A stretch of 63,388 nt of DNA, filler included, from Octopus bimaculoides (lineage: Eukaryota), in assembly GCF_001194135.2 (NCBI RefSeq). It is 5 parts of 4 records of this genome, joined end to end, with 100 filler letters (N's around TTAATTAATTAA, not from the genome) between each part and the next. Parts side by side here need not be neighbours in the genome. Positions count along the whole stretch, not along the records: positions 35,775 to 42,771 come from NC_069008.1; positions 42,872 to 54,913 come from NC_068993.1; 3 more parts are not named here. One strand, given 5' to 3'. Below, in pieces: positions 39,324-51,500 of the stretch. The translations under genes and the position numbers were made by a program. Every line of letters starts with the position of its first letter. Positions within the stretch are counted from its first letter, which is position 1. The notes beneath the pieces were generated by a model. The model was not told the DNA's origin. It made no database searches and saw only the letters and a program-made list of their open reading frames with translations.

Positions 39324-39615
39324 AAAGGTTTAAGCCTTAACTCTTAAGGGATTATATTCGCAATGAGTAAACTGTCCATGTGTTTCAAATGATTTTTAAT
39401 TAATCAACATTCATAATGGGTTTAATAAAATAAAATATCTGTAACTCGATATGCGTTGGTATATAAATATTATGTTGACATTGACCAACTAAAATATCAC
39501 CATATCATATTTTAATGAGATTTTAATTGGGGGTTTTTAATTAATAATCTAAACACTTAACTACAGGCAGTTTTGTGCAGGTTGGAGCTGAAAGGGTTGG
39601 TTAGGCGCTAAGTAG

Positions 39616-39945
39616 TAATTTAATACAAGTTACAAACCTAAGAATTTCTACAATTAAAGAGTCGTTATATTTCTCAGCAGCGAGGGTGTGCAGTCTAGTA
39701 ATTAAGGAATCACACTCCTGAGTGCAAGATCACAGGTTCAATTCCTGGAGCGAGTGGTGCGTTGTGTAGTTGGGCCTGCATAATTTAAAACAAGTTACAA
39801 ACCCAGGAATTTCTACAATTAACAAGTTATTATATTTCTCAGCAGCGAGGGTGCATAGTCTAGTGGTTAAGGAGTTGCACTTGTGATTGTGGGATTGTAG
39901 GTTCGATTCCTGGAGCGAGTGGTGAGTTGTGTAGCTGAGCAAAAC
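39616..39945 (+). repeat. 165-bp tandem duplication of flank plus tRNA-like SINE head
   Basis: TAATTTAA(T/A)ACAAGTTACAAACC…TTCTCAGCAGCGAGGGTG…GGTTC(A/G)ATTCCTGGAGCGAGTGGTG at 39616 and 39781. Confidence 0.85.
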
Positions 39946-40434
39946 TACTCCATCTCACTTCAACATCAGACGAGTGGCATACAGTGCACAGTTGTAAGCA
40001 ATGTTGATTTGATGGAGGGAGAGAGCTAAGCTAACATGTGGCGGTAGCACAGACATTTGTTCACTATCAACAAATCATCTGTGCAGCTTGTTCAACAGGA
40101 AATAGTAGAACCCTCATCTGGAATCGACAACAGCAGAAAGACTGATATTTCTCAGCACAGAGAGGCACTAAATAGGCCACTATGTACTGCTAATTCACCA
40201 CCCTGCCTACAATTGCTTTAAAAAACAAAACAAGAAAAGAAAAAAATTGCACTCCCCTGTCCTGTTCCACATGGTTGCTTAATTCACTTAAAATAGCAGT
40301 CAAATTTCACTAAAAATCACACTATCATCTTCAAGGAAAAAAAAAAAAGGTTTGTGGGTGGATTTGGGAGTTAGAAATAGTAAGAAGTCTGGTTGCTCCA
40401 GCATGGCAGCAGCCCAACAACTGAAACATAATAA

Positions 40435-40484
<50 letters not shown>

Positions 40485-41210
40485 TACCATTGCTTGACAA
40501 CTGGTGTTGGTTTGTTTACATCTCTGTAATTTAGCAGTTCAGCAGAGAGACCAGCATAAGGACCAGACTGGAAAATAAATACTGGGATCAATTTGTTTTA
40601 CTAAACCTTTCAAGGAAGTGCCCCAGTACGGCCACGGTCCAATGATTGAAACAAGTAAAAGATAAAAGATGTGTATGTGTATGTGTATGTTATCTAAAGG
40701 AAATCTGGCTGCTATTTCTAGCAAATCAAGCAGCCACCTAAAGGCTCTGTCACTAACTCTGCTACACAGACTTACTGTAGCTAAAAAATATGACGATCCA
40801 TCATAATATCTTCAGTGGTAAATTTTAAATAGAAATAAAACATGTTTTGCACCTGACAGACATTAATCAATCTGAAAATTCTTTAATCTAAAAATTTAAT
40901 TGCAATCAATTAAATTGACAAATTAAAAAAAATATATATCTGAAAATAATTTGAGGAAAAAAAAAAAAAAACGACCATAACATTTTCAAGATAAAAAAAG
41001 AAAAAAGAAAGTGAAATAGAAAGGAAATTTAATTTATCATCAAGGAAAGGATTAAAAATAAATATTGTTATGATTGAGTTAAACTTTTACCAAGGTTATC
41101 TTCCCCTTTCATCTTCTCCGAACTAAAAATACCAGCCAAAAATATTAAAGTTAATTTGATTGTTTGTAACCTTTAGCAAATTGAGGCCCCAAAATATTAT
41201 TATTACTCAA

Positions 41211-41985
41211 GGTGGTGAGCTGGCAGAATCGTTAGCATGCTGGGCGAAATGCTTAGCGGTATTTCGTCTGCCGTTACGTTCCGAGTTCAAATTCCACAGA
41301 GGTCGACTTTGCCTTTCATCCTTTCGGGGTCGATTAAATAAATACCAGTTACTCACTGGGGTCGATATAATCGACTTAATCCGTTTGTCTGTCCTTGTTT
41401 GTCCCCTCTGTGTGTAGCCCCTTGTGGGCAGTAAAGAAATAAGAAACGTTAGCACGCCGGACGAAATGCGTAGCGGAGGAAAGTGTGGCTGGAGAGGAGA
41501 TGTCTGTCAGAGTGTACGTTCCAAAAGAGATGGAAGAATGTTGCACGAGTGTTGTGCGTGCAAGGAACCGTGTGAATAGTCAGAAAAAAAAGGAAGAAAA
41601 AAAAGGTGCCAGCGAGAGATCAGGGCTTGTGGGGTCGGAGCGTGGCCTGATCATCGCTTCATTTGTGTTGTTTAACGTTCTGTTAATATCATTCGATTTT
41701 TCTATTTTATATAATTTTTAAAGTCATGTTTTATGTAAACCATTCACATTACTGATCCCAATCAGTTGTTTTGTACCATTCTATGTTTGGCCCCCTGTGG
41801 GCAATAAAGAAATTGGTATTTTGTCTGCTGCTACATTCTGAGTTCTAATTCCACCAAGGTCGANNNNNNNNNNATTAAGTACCAGTTGTGTACTGGGGTC
41901 GATCTGATCAACTGGCCCCCTCCCCAAAAATTTCAGGCCTTATGCCTATAGTAGAAAAGATTATATTATTATTACAATTATTACA

Positions 41986-42023
<38 letters not shown>

Positions 42024-42260
42024 AATTATTACAATTATTATTATTATTATTATTATTATTAAAGCAGCAAGCTGGCTGAATCATTAGCACACCAGGCAAA
42101 ATGCTAAGTAGTGTTTCATCGGCCTTCATGTTCTGATTTCAAATTCTACCAATTTCTTTCCTCCTTTCGGGGTTGTTAAACTATGTACCAGTGGGGTCAA
42201 TGTAATTGGCTAGGCCCCTCCCCACAAATTGCAGGTCTTGTGCTTATAGTAACAAAGAGT
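41211..42260 (+). mobile_element. Head-to-tail cluster of family B SINE units
   Basis: Full unit 41211-41441, headless restart AAACGTTAGCACGCCGG at 41444, tail and unit at ~41770-41960, (ATT)n, and a further unit at 42061-42260. Confidence 0.7.
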
Positions 42261-42593
42261 GGTGGCCGTGGTTGGAATTCCCTTTAATTATAGGTCTAAT
42301 TGATCAGAGCAGAGCTGGGACCAAACAACAGCTGCCGCAACAGTAGTAGTAGTAGTAGTAGAAGCAGCAGCAGTCGTATTAAAATGATAGTTATCATTTT
42401 CATTAACCAACAAAAGCAGCAAATTATCTAAGTAGTAAAACAAACAAAACTCCACAGAAGAAGGTACCTTAATAAAGTAAATGTCTGTCTGTGTGTCTGA
42501 CGAGTGACTGACAAGAGAGCGCTGAGGAACGGAAGAAAGGGAAACAGACACAGGATAATAACAACAACAACAACAACAACAATAATGGTAGTT

Positions 42594-42624
<31 letters not shown>

Positions 42625-42716
42625 AGGAGGAAACGGGTATGTATAGACATTGCACACATGCATGAATTTAGACACATACCCGCATGTATACAATATACAT
42701 ATAAAATACTTATGTA

Positions 42717-42771
<55 letters not shown>

Positions 42772-42871
42772 NNNNNNNNNNNNNNNNNNNNNNNNNNNNN
42801 NNNNNNNNNNNNNNNTTAATTAATTAANNNNNNNNNNNNNNNNNNNNNNNNNNNNNNNNNNNNNNNNNNNN
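42772..42871. other. Artificial scaffolding spacer
   Basis: 44 N + TTAATTAATTAA (42816-42827) + 44 N. Confidence 0.95.
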
Positions 42872-42936
42872 ATATATATATATATACATATATACACACA
42901 TACACACTGACACTAACACACACATACATACATGCC

Positions 42937-42972
<36 letters not shown>

Positions 42973-45796
42973 AAGATTCTCCATGCTATGGGGTACCCTT
43001 TTAAGTATTCAATATATACTATTTCATTTTAATCATTCGGTGTCTCTGTGAAAGAATTATTTTTTGATTTTTTAAATTTTCAAAGTTGCACATTATCTTT
43101 AACTCAATAATTGTTAGAATTTTGTAATATTCTAAATATTAATACAACTTTAAATTAATAAACTTCCTAGCTAATTGCTGAATTTCATATTCCAAAACCA
43201 CGTTAAAACATTTCATTTAAGATAGTTTGCATACATAATACGCAACTTTTTAGATGTTTCAAAATTCACCATTTTCATTAACTCGATGCATGGTAGAAAT
43301 TTGAATGCTACGCATTTCCCTCCCACATGGAATATGTCAAATCCTATACGGTTATATATTGAAATTTCCATAATTAACAGAAGACCACAATAGATATTAC
43401 AAAAAAAATCAAACGAGCACTGCATACATAGCTTGCTGGAAATCCTATCAGTAGACCCAGTGCTGACATCATTTCAACAATACCGTCTTTATTGATAAAT
43501 GAATTTAAATGATGTAACAATGAATAATTTTTCTTGTACATGCACCAGTATTCTGGTTCAGTAGAGATATCGGGTTCCAATCCATCTAATACTGTGCACA
43601 TATACAAGATTATAACAACTAAAGACTATCGGCAATCAAACAGATGTTTATATAATTCTTATATAACACCGTGTTAATTTATTTAGTTTCCATTCCAGGA
43701 CAACCCGAGAGTATTACACCGCAAATATTAATGGTTTCTTTTCAAATTTGTTGAAAGTCCTTTTAAAAATTTTTTTTTTAACATTTTATTTCTTTCTTGT
43801 AAACACACACATTGGAAATGCAGGGACGAATTATGCCTACCTAACGTACAAAAAAACAAAAAAAATATTTTGCATTTTATGCATAATAATCAGAGCAACC
43901 TTTATAATTTTATTGAATTATGTACATATTTTGCCAAAAAAGTGAAATATTGCTATGGATCTATTTTATTCAAGCAAGGCACTGCTTCCCTACCTAGGCG
44001 GCACGTCACCGATATATATATATATATANNNNNNNNNNNNNNNNNNNNNNNNNNNNNNNNNNNNNNNNNNNNNNNNNNNNNNNNNNNNNNNNNNNNNNNN
44101 NNNNNNNNNNNNNNNNNNNNNNNNNNNNNNNNNNNNNNNNNNNNNNNNNNNNNNNNNNNNNNNNNNNNNNNNNNNNNNNNNNNNNNNNNNNNNNNNNNNN
44201 NNNNNNNNNNNNNNNNNNNNNNNNNNNNNNNNNNNNNNNNNNNNNNNNNNNNNNNNNNNNNNNNNNNNNNNNNNNNNNNNNNNNNNNNNNNNNNNNNNNN
44301 NNNNNNNNNNNNNNNNNNNNNNNNNNNNNNNNNNNNNNNNNNNNNNNNNNNNNNNNNNNNNNNNNNNNNNNNNNNNNNNNNNNNNNNNNNNNNNNNNNNN
44401 NNNNNNNNNNNNNNNNNNNNNNNNNNNNNNNNNNNNNNNNNNNNNNNNNNNNNNNNNNNNNNNNNTATACGTCACGCGATAGTAAATCAAAATTCCATAA
44501 ATACTATCTGTAATTCTGTATTGATTCGAATAGAAAAATGCGTCTCTCAAGAAGGACTTCACATTGAACAATATTCATGACGTTTCATATTTAGACGCTT
44601 TTATTAAATTCATTCACTTGTTAGATGTAAATACATCTTCAAATTAAATGGTTTTGATTTACAGTCGGGTGACGTTTGGCAAACCCTGTATATCTATATG
44701 CGTGTGTGTGTGTGTGTGTGTGTGATTACATACATATGCATACACACATAAACGAATACTATGTTGCTGTTAAATTAGCAGAAATATTAATCCTTCAAAA
44801 TATCATATTTCATATATGATGTACTTAGTACGTAATAAGGAATTTTGGATGATAAACTTAGCGCATATAAAACAAGATACATATATATTACTGCACACTG
44901 ACACTCCTAGGTGTAGTATGTATAATCCATTTTACGCTAATCTTGAACGATTTCCATCACCGATCTTCAAATATGCTAGGGTGCAAATTTGAAGCATTTT
45001 CGTGGATCATAACGAGGTCAGTACTTACAGTAGTAAAAAGACCAAGAGATTGATTGCTAAGAATTACCATCAATCACTTTTCGTATGACTGATGGTAAAT
45101 AAGATACAATAATAGTTCAATATCTATTTATATATCTGTTTTACTATCACATTTGCCATCAGCTACACTGGTTAGTGTGATAATCAGCATACATACACTC
45201 GCACATATACGCGAGCGCACACATATGCATATATTTATATATATATATATATATATATATNNNNNNNNNNNNNNNNNNNNNNNNNNNNNNNNNNNNNNNN
45301 NNNNNNNNNNNNNNNNNNNNNNNNNNNNNNNNNNNNNNNNNNNNNNNNNNNNNNNNNNNNNNNNNNNNNNNNNNNNNNNNNNNNNNNNNNNNNNNNNNNN
45401 NNNNNNNNNNNNNNNNNNNNNNNNNNNNNNNNNNNNNNNNNNNNNNNNNNNNNNNNNNNNNNNNNNNNNNNNNNNNNNNNNNNNNNNNNNNNNNNNNNNN
45501 NNNNNNNNNNNNNNNNNNNNNNNNNNNNNNNNNNNNNNNNNNNNNNNNNNNNNNNNNNNNNNNNNNNNNNNNNNNNNNNNNNNNNNNNNNNNNNNNNNNN
45601 NNNNNNNNNNNNNNNNNNNNNNNNNNNNNNNNNNNNNNNNNNNNNNNNNNNNNNNNNNNNNNNNNNNNNNNNNNNNNNNNNNNNNNNNNNNNNNNNNNNN
45701 NNNNNNNNNNNNNNNNNNNNNNNNNNNNNNNNNNNNNNNNNNNNNNNNNNNNNNNNNNNNNNNNNNNNNNNNNNNNNNNNNNNNNNNNNNNNNNNN

Positions 45797-45836
<40 letters not shown>

Positions 45837-46028
45837 ATATATTGTGTGAGTATGTGTATGAATGTCAAAGATAGTGAGAATACAAATATGTACATATTAT
45901 ACATGTATATGTGTATATATGCATGCATATGTTTATATACACACATGTGCCCAGAAATGCGCGCACGCATGCATATTGATGCACATATAGATAGGTTTGT
46001 AGATACTGAAACATAAAAATAAAGGCTC

Positions 46029-46094
<66 letters not shown>

Positions 46095-46667
46095 AATAGA
46101 TAGATTTTGTGACGAGAAGATAAATGCACAAACGGTGATATAAAACAGCAAAACTTGAAGATTATTGGTGGGAAACGTAAAGTATAATGACGGGAAGACA
46201 AATAGGAAATTAGAAAACCTAAAGTAGATACAAAACTTCGTTTTTTAAAGGGTTTTTGTTCATATTTTTCCTTTTTTTATTGGCTTCTTTAATAATTCCC
46301 GTTAGACACATTCTGATTCTATTAAAGATAAAAAGAAATTTATGCTATGCGACGGAATATCGTATTTAAAGAAAGATAAAATAACAAGCTATTAATCTAT
46401 ATGTTTACCTCTTTCTATCATATTCTGTATATCAAATGCGAGCGTCAATCTATCAATCTGTTTCTGAATCTATCTGCTTCCCGTTTTTATCTCCTTCTAT
46501 CGTCATCTTAATCTATGTTTTTTTTGTTCTTGTTCTATCGTTGTTGGTCTCTTTTCATATGTATGTGTGTATGTATGTATGTATGTATGTATGTATGTAT
46601 GTATATATGTATGTATGTATGTGTGTATGTATATATGTATGCATGTATGCATGCATATATGTATATA

Positions 46668-46708
<41 letters not shown>

Positions 46709-47707
46709 NNNNNNNNNNNNNNNNNNNNNNNNNNNNNNNNNNNNNNNNNNNNNNNNNNNNNNNNNNNNNNNNNNNNNNNNNNNNNNNNNNNNNNNNNNNN
46801 NNNNNNNNNNNNNNNNNNNNNNNNNNNNNNNNNNNNNNNNNNNNNNNNNNNNNNNNNNNNNNNNNNNNNNNNNNNNNNNNNNNNNNNNNNNNNNNNNNNN
46901 NNNNNNNNNNNNNNNNNNNNNNNNNNNNNNNNNNNNNNNNNNNNNNNNNNNNNNNNNNNNNNNNNNNNNNNNNNNNNNNNNNNNNNNNNNNNNNNNNNNN
47001 NNNNNNNNNNNNNNNNNNNNNNNNNNNNNNNNNNNNNNNNNNNNNNNNNNNNNNNNNNNNNNNNNNNNNNNNNNNNNNNNNNNNNNNTATATATATATGT
47101 ATATATATATATATATAACAGAAAATTTCACCGTTATGTAAGGAGTGCTAAGTTCGCAATTATATGGTGTCTTAGCAGTTTCATTTAACCACCTTAGTAC
47201 GTTTCAAATATAGAATAAAGCAATATACATTCGTTAATGCTTCTATGCTGCGGGTAAGGTTTCTCATTTTTCTGTGAAATTTCTTAAATTTCTCGTTCGC
47301 ATTCGAGTGTTTTCGTTCGGACATCTTGCTTCAGCCCTCTGTATATCCGTGTCTATTGAAAATTGTGTATGTTCGTGGGCGAGTGCTTTAATTATTTGCT
47401 ATATACAGGAATGCATCTACAATTTAATGCACTTATGTGAAAGGTATGTGGTGTGTACGTGCGTACATGTGAATGTGTGTGAATATGTGTGTGAGTGTAA
47501 GTGTGTCTGTGTATAGAGCTATCTATGAGTATATGCAATTACGTCTAGCTTAATACTGATAGCTAAGCGTGAATATCCATGCAATAGAATTTTCGACTAA
47601 ATATATAAGCATACACTATAGATATACTATAATACGTGTTTAACGTATCGCACGGAAAAGTTAATTAAAAGAATGTACTGGAAGGCATTGTTTCGATAAA
47701 GGAGACG

Positions 47708-48025
47708 ATGAAGATACACCTGAGGATTCTCAATTCCTTTTCCAAGACCAGAAGATGCCAAGCAAATAATAATCTACTCGAATCTTTCGAGAAGCACCTC
47801 TTCAGAACGGAGAAGAATATGAAGTTCACGAAAATATATAATGCCCTCCAGATAAAACTGATGAAGATAGAGAGAATCTAGAAATCAAACAAAATATTTG
47901 TGGAAGCAGACAAAACATTGAATGCCCAACAACACTTGCAATAATCTACTGACAATTTTACCAGCGAATTTTACTAAAAGAATATTATTAATACTTTTAC
48001 ATTTTATAAATATACAAAGGCTATA
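47708..48025 (+). mobile_element. Penelope-like element ORF N-terminal remnant
   Basis: SKTRRCQANNNLLESFEKHLFRTEKNMKFTKIYNALQIKLMKIERI*KSNKIFVEADKT matches the PLE motif FE.DL…KNIKF…N.FQ..L…I….IFV.ADKT. Confidence 0.7.
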
Positions 48026-48060
48026 CCTATAGATTTACATCGTAGGTGGTAGAACCTTTG

Positions 48061-48372
48061 GGCATTCAAAAGAACGTATTTAACTTTCAAAAATCAGATC
48101 CGATCTTCAAGAGTAACCCAACAACCAAAATAGTCTATTCAACGAAAACTGAGCCTGGACGATTCTGTAAAGAAATTAAATGAAAGAAATGAGAACTCCG
48201 GAGACTTTTTCGGTGGTTTAATCTTAGGGAATTCAAAAGAACGTATTTAGCTTTCAACAATCATATCTGATCTTAGTGAGTAACCCCATAAACAAAATAG
48301 TCTATCCAACGAAAACTGAACCTGGACAATTCCGTAAAGAAATTAAATGAAATAAATGAGAACTCTTGAGAA
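48061..48372 (+). repeat. Direct duplication, period 167 bp
   Basis: ATTCAAAAGAACGTATTTA…AATAGTCTAT(T/C)CAACGAAAACTGA…GTAAAGAAATTAAATGAAA at 48064 and 48231. Confidence 0.88.
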
Positions 48373-48462
48373 TTTGTAGATTAGCACATTTGAATGTGCT
48401 TTAATAGTAAACTAGTTCATATACATCCATGATAAAAGAGAGTGCCCACCTGTTCAGTTGAT

Positions 48463-48895
48463 TTAAGTGGCTACTATTCATACGTTACTGGTTATCAATT
48501 CACCACAGGGAAAGTTCACCGTCATCAATTTGCCACAGTGGAAGTTCACCGTCATCAATTTATCGCAGAGAAAGTTCACCGTCATCGATTAACTGCAGAG
48601 AAAGTTCATTGTCATCAATTCATTGCAGAGGACGTTCACCGTTATCAATTAACCACAGACAAATTTCACTTTCAACAATTCACCACAGAGGAAGTTCACC
48701 GTCATCAAATTACCATTTTTTTTTGTCTTTTTTTTTTTTCAATAAAATTGTTTTTTAAACTCTAGATATATTTTCTCGGTAAACTTTCCTCGCGGTGAAC
48801 TTTTCTCACGCTGAACTTTTTTTCACGATGAATTGGTGGCAGCGAACTTTCCCTTCGGTGAATTGATGGCGATGAACTTTCTGTTAATCACTTAA
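48463..48895. mobile_element. TTAA-flanked foldback element with inverted 30-bp subterminal tandem arrays
   Basis: About 7 units of GAAAGTTCACCGTCATCAATT… at 30-bp period (48511, 48541 … 48691). Reverse-complement units at ~48780-48882. Ends TTAAGTGGCTA and TAATCACTTAA. Confidence 0.75.
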
Positions 48896-50399
48896 ACACA
48901 AGATTCGACCTTATAAGACAAACAATGAAACATATGATTCTGTATTACACCCTTCTTATAAATGAGAATAGCTTTGTATTGTCTCTTTTACGTACTATTG
49001 GACTGTGTTCCTGGAGGACCAGTGGCTTGAAAGGTTTTTCAATTAAAAAACTTTAATCCTACAACTTATATTTCAAGTCTGGTACTTATTCTATCGACCT
49101 CGAGAGCGCAAGCAAACCAGAACCAGTTGTCAAGCGGTGGAGGGCAAACACAGCCCTCTTCCCAACACACACACAATGAAGCTGTTTTCGCGCAATATTT
49201 TCCAAACAATTTTTTGAATACACCTCGAAACCAACGTTTTTCTACCAACCAAATCAAAATATAGCAAAAATAGTTTCTTCTTACACAAAAGCAAAAGATA
49301 ATTAGTTCTATGCAAGCCGTTGCTTATATCAGACAATTTTTTTTTATTTTATCGCTGAAATAAAAGTCACTTTACATGCCGTTTCTGCATGCTTTTCCTT
49401 TATCAGCGTCCGACAAGTTAATATTTTAATATTGAATTCGTGATGATTTGTCTCACATAGAAACCGTAAAAATTTTGAAAATTCATTGCACTTACATTTT
49501 TATGACAAATGAATGATTGAGCTTATAAAATCGATTTTTAATATCAATTGACTTGACACAATGTAAACTTGAATTTCATCTGTGCCGTAATCTATAGAAT
49601 TTACCAAATAGTTACTCCCTAGAGAGCAATTCTCAAGAATTCTGAAGACATGTCATTGTTGTGAGGCAACGTTCTTTTCATTTAGCCTTGTTGCTTGATA
49701 ACATGTTATATCAACTTTAATATCTTACAATGCTTATGCCAGAGCGGAAAAGGGTAACACGTTAACCTAAGGAATTCTCTGGCTGTATTATTTCTTACTG
49801 CAAGACTCATTTCTGTGTTGAACCATAAAATATTTATTTCCCATGTTTTTTGTAATACTTTATGCCATAAATGCTTGCCTTATCGGAGAACCAACGTGTT
49901 TCAGAGCTTCTGGGCGATATGATGCCCCGTTACCCTCATAAAATTGCATTTGTTGTGAGATATCAAGAATATCCGTTTATTCGCATCGACCAACTTCATC
50001 ACATCACCTGGAGAGTTATTAGATGACATCTATGTACAGTACTCATTCATTCGTTTTGTGGTATAGTTTACGGCTATTATAGTCCAGCTTCAAGGTGGTA
50101 CCTAGAAATCTAACAGCGATATGGCTAGTATATACGATTAAACTAAGTCCTCTTTGTTGAAGTACTTTAAGCAAAATTTTCATAATCTAAATTATGACAG
50201 TTGCAATATCTTAACAGAACCAGGCTATTATTATGATATAGATCAGAGTCCATTGCATGAAATTACAGTTTTTTCTCAACAAATCTTAAATGCCTACTGC
50301 TATAGTTACACTTTGCTTCGATGCTCTAAGCTTTTATAAGAGATTATATAAATGAAACTGAATGAAACTTTAAGCATTACTCATTATTTACAGTATTTT

Positions 50400-50875
50400 A
50401 TTCTTACGGATGACATGGCGTCTTATTCTTCTTCGACAAATTGTAAAATACTTTAGCTTTTCCAAAGTAGCTTTTACTTTATGGATGGTGACGTCATCAG
50501 TGGCAGAATGTGGTCGTCCACGAATAGGAGCAGTTTCCACCAATGTCTGACCACATATAAACTGACGATTCCAGTGCTTGACTAAGTCTTTTGATGGTGC
50601 ATCGTTACCATAAACTTCTTTCATCTCAACGACAATCTCTTTTGGTGTACGTCCTTTCAAGTATAAGAACCTGGTCACTAATCTGCATCCAACTGCCTTC
50701 ATTATAAACAAAAATCCATTTCAGCACTCGTAAAAGACAAACGAATACTAGTGAACAGCTGCAATTTCCAATGTGACATGTATGTAAAGACATGTATAAG
50801 TATACTTGTACATGTTCCGTTTCTTGTAATAACTGGAAGTGGGCCAGAGGAAATTTTTAATGAACAACCCTCGTA
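50400..50875 (-). mobile_element. mariner element 5' part (TIR plus transposase HTH)
   Basis: TA-CGAGGGTTGTTCATTAAAAA terminus. RLVTRFLYLKGRTPKEIVVEMKEVYGNDAPSKDLVKHWNRQFICGQTLVETAPIRGRP matches the mariner N-terminal HTH and GRP AT-hook-like motif. Confidence 0.88.
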
Positions 50876-51293
50876 TTCGTATACTGAATGGAGCAATGAG
50901 TTTGTAAAATAGGTGTGCTAAAATCCTGTATTTTTGTGGCACATAAAGAAAATATCGTTAAGCATATCTTAATTGTTTGCGTTGTATTAGTTTGTGGTGG
51001 CAGAGAAATGTATAATAGGCTTTGATAAAACGTCAACAAAATATGGAATACAAAAAAGTACAGAGGAAACGCAAACTAATGATAAGTAATGCAACAGAAG
51101 TGGAAATAGTCGATTAAATTAGAACGGTTAAGTACATGTGCATACATGGATTTACAATTACTCGTGAATTGAAACTTTTAAAGTAACTTTGAAACCGCGT
51201 AAAACCGATGACTATAGAAAACGAAATTTAGAAAATACGCTTAAAATAGATTTACTTCGCTTATATTTGCCCATGTGTGTGTGTGTGTGTGTA

Positions 51294-51357
<64 letters not shown>

Positions 51358-51361
51358 TGTG

Positions 51362-51500
51362 TTTCTGAAGAAAAGCTTTGCTCGAAATGTAAAGCAGCCT
51401 TGCTTTTCATCCCTAAGCGTCTTATTAATAGTTTGCATGTACCACGTCCTCGCATTGTTGTTTTTACTTGTGGTTTTTTCCTCGTTGTTTCCGGATTAAC
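51362..51500 (+). mobile_element. Hammerhead-bearing short repeat, copy 2
   Basis: TTT-CTGAAGA-A-AAGC-TTT-GCTC-GAAA-TGTA-AAG followed by CCCTAAGCGTC…CCACGTCCTC, homologous to 32600-32770 on the minus strand. Confidence 0.65.

Noticed and set aside
39843-39915. tRNA gene (His-like); similar heads at 33300 and 36360-36433
   Set aside because: A and B boxes are present but acceptor and anticodon stems do not pair well, and the sequence continues into SINE bodies.
48442-48765. 10-aa repeat protein (…EKVHRHQF…) or CRISPR-like array
   Set aside because: The ORF is a by-product of the 30-bp DNA repeat. Units are contiguous with no unique spacers, the context is eukaryotic and there are no cas genes.
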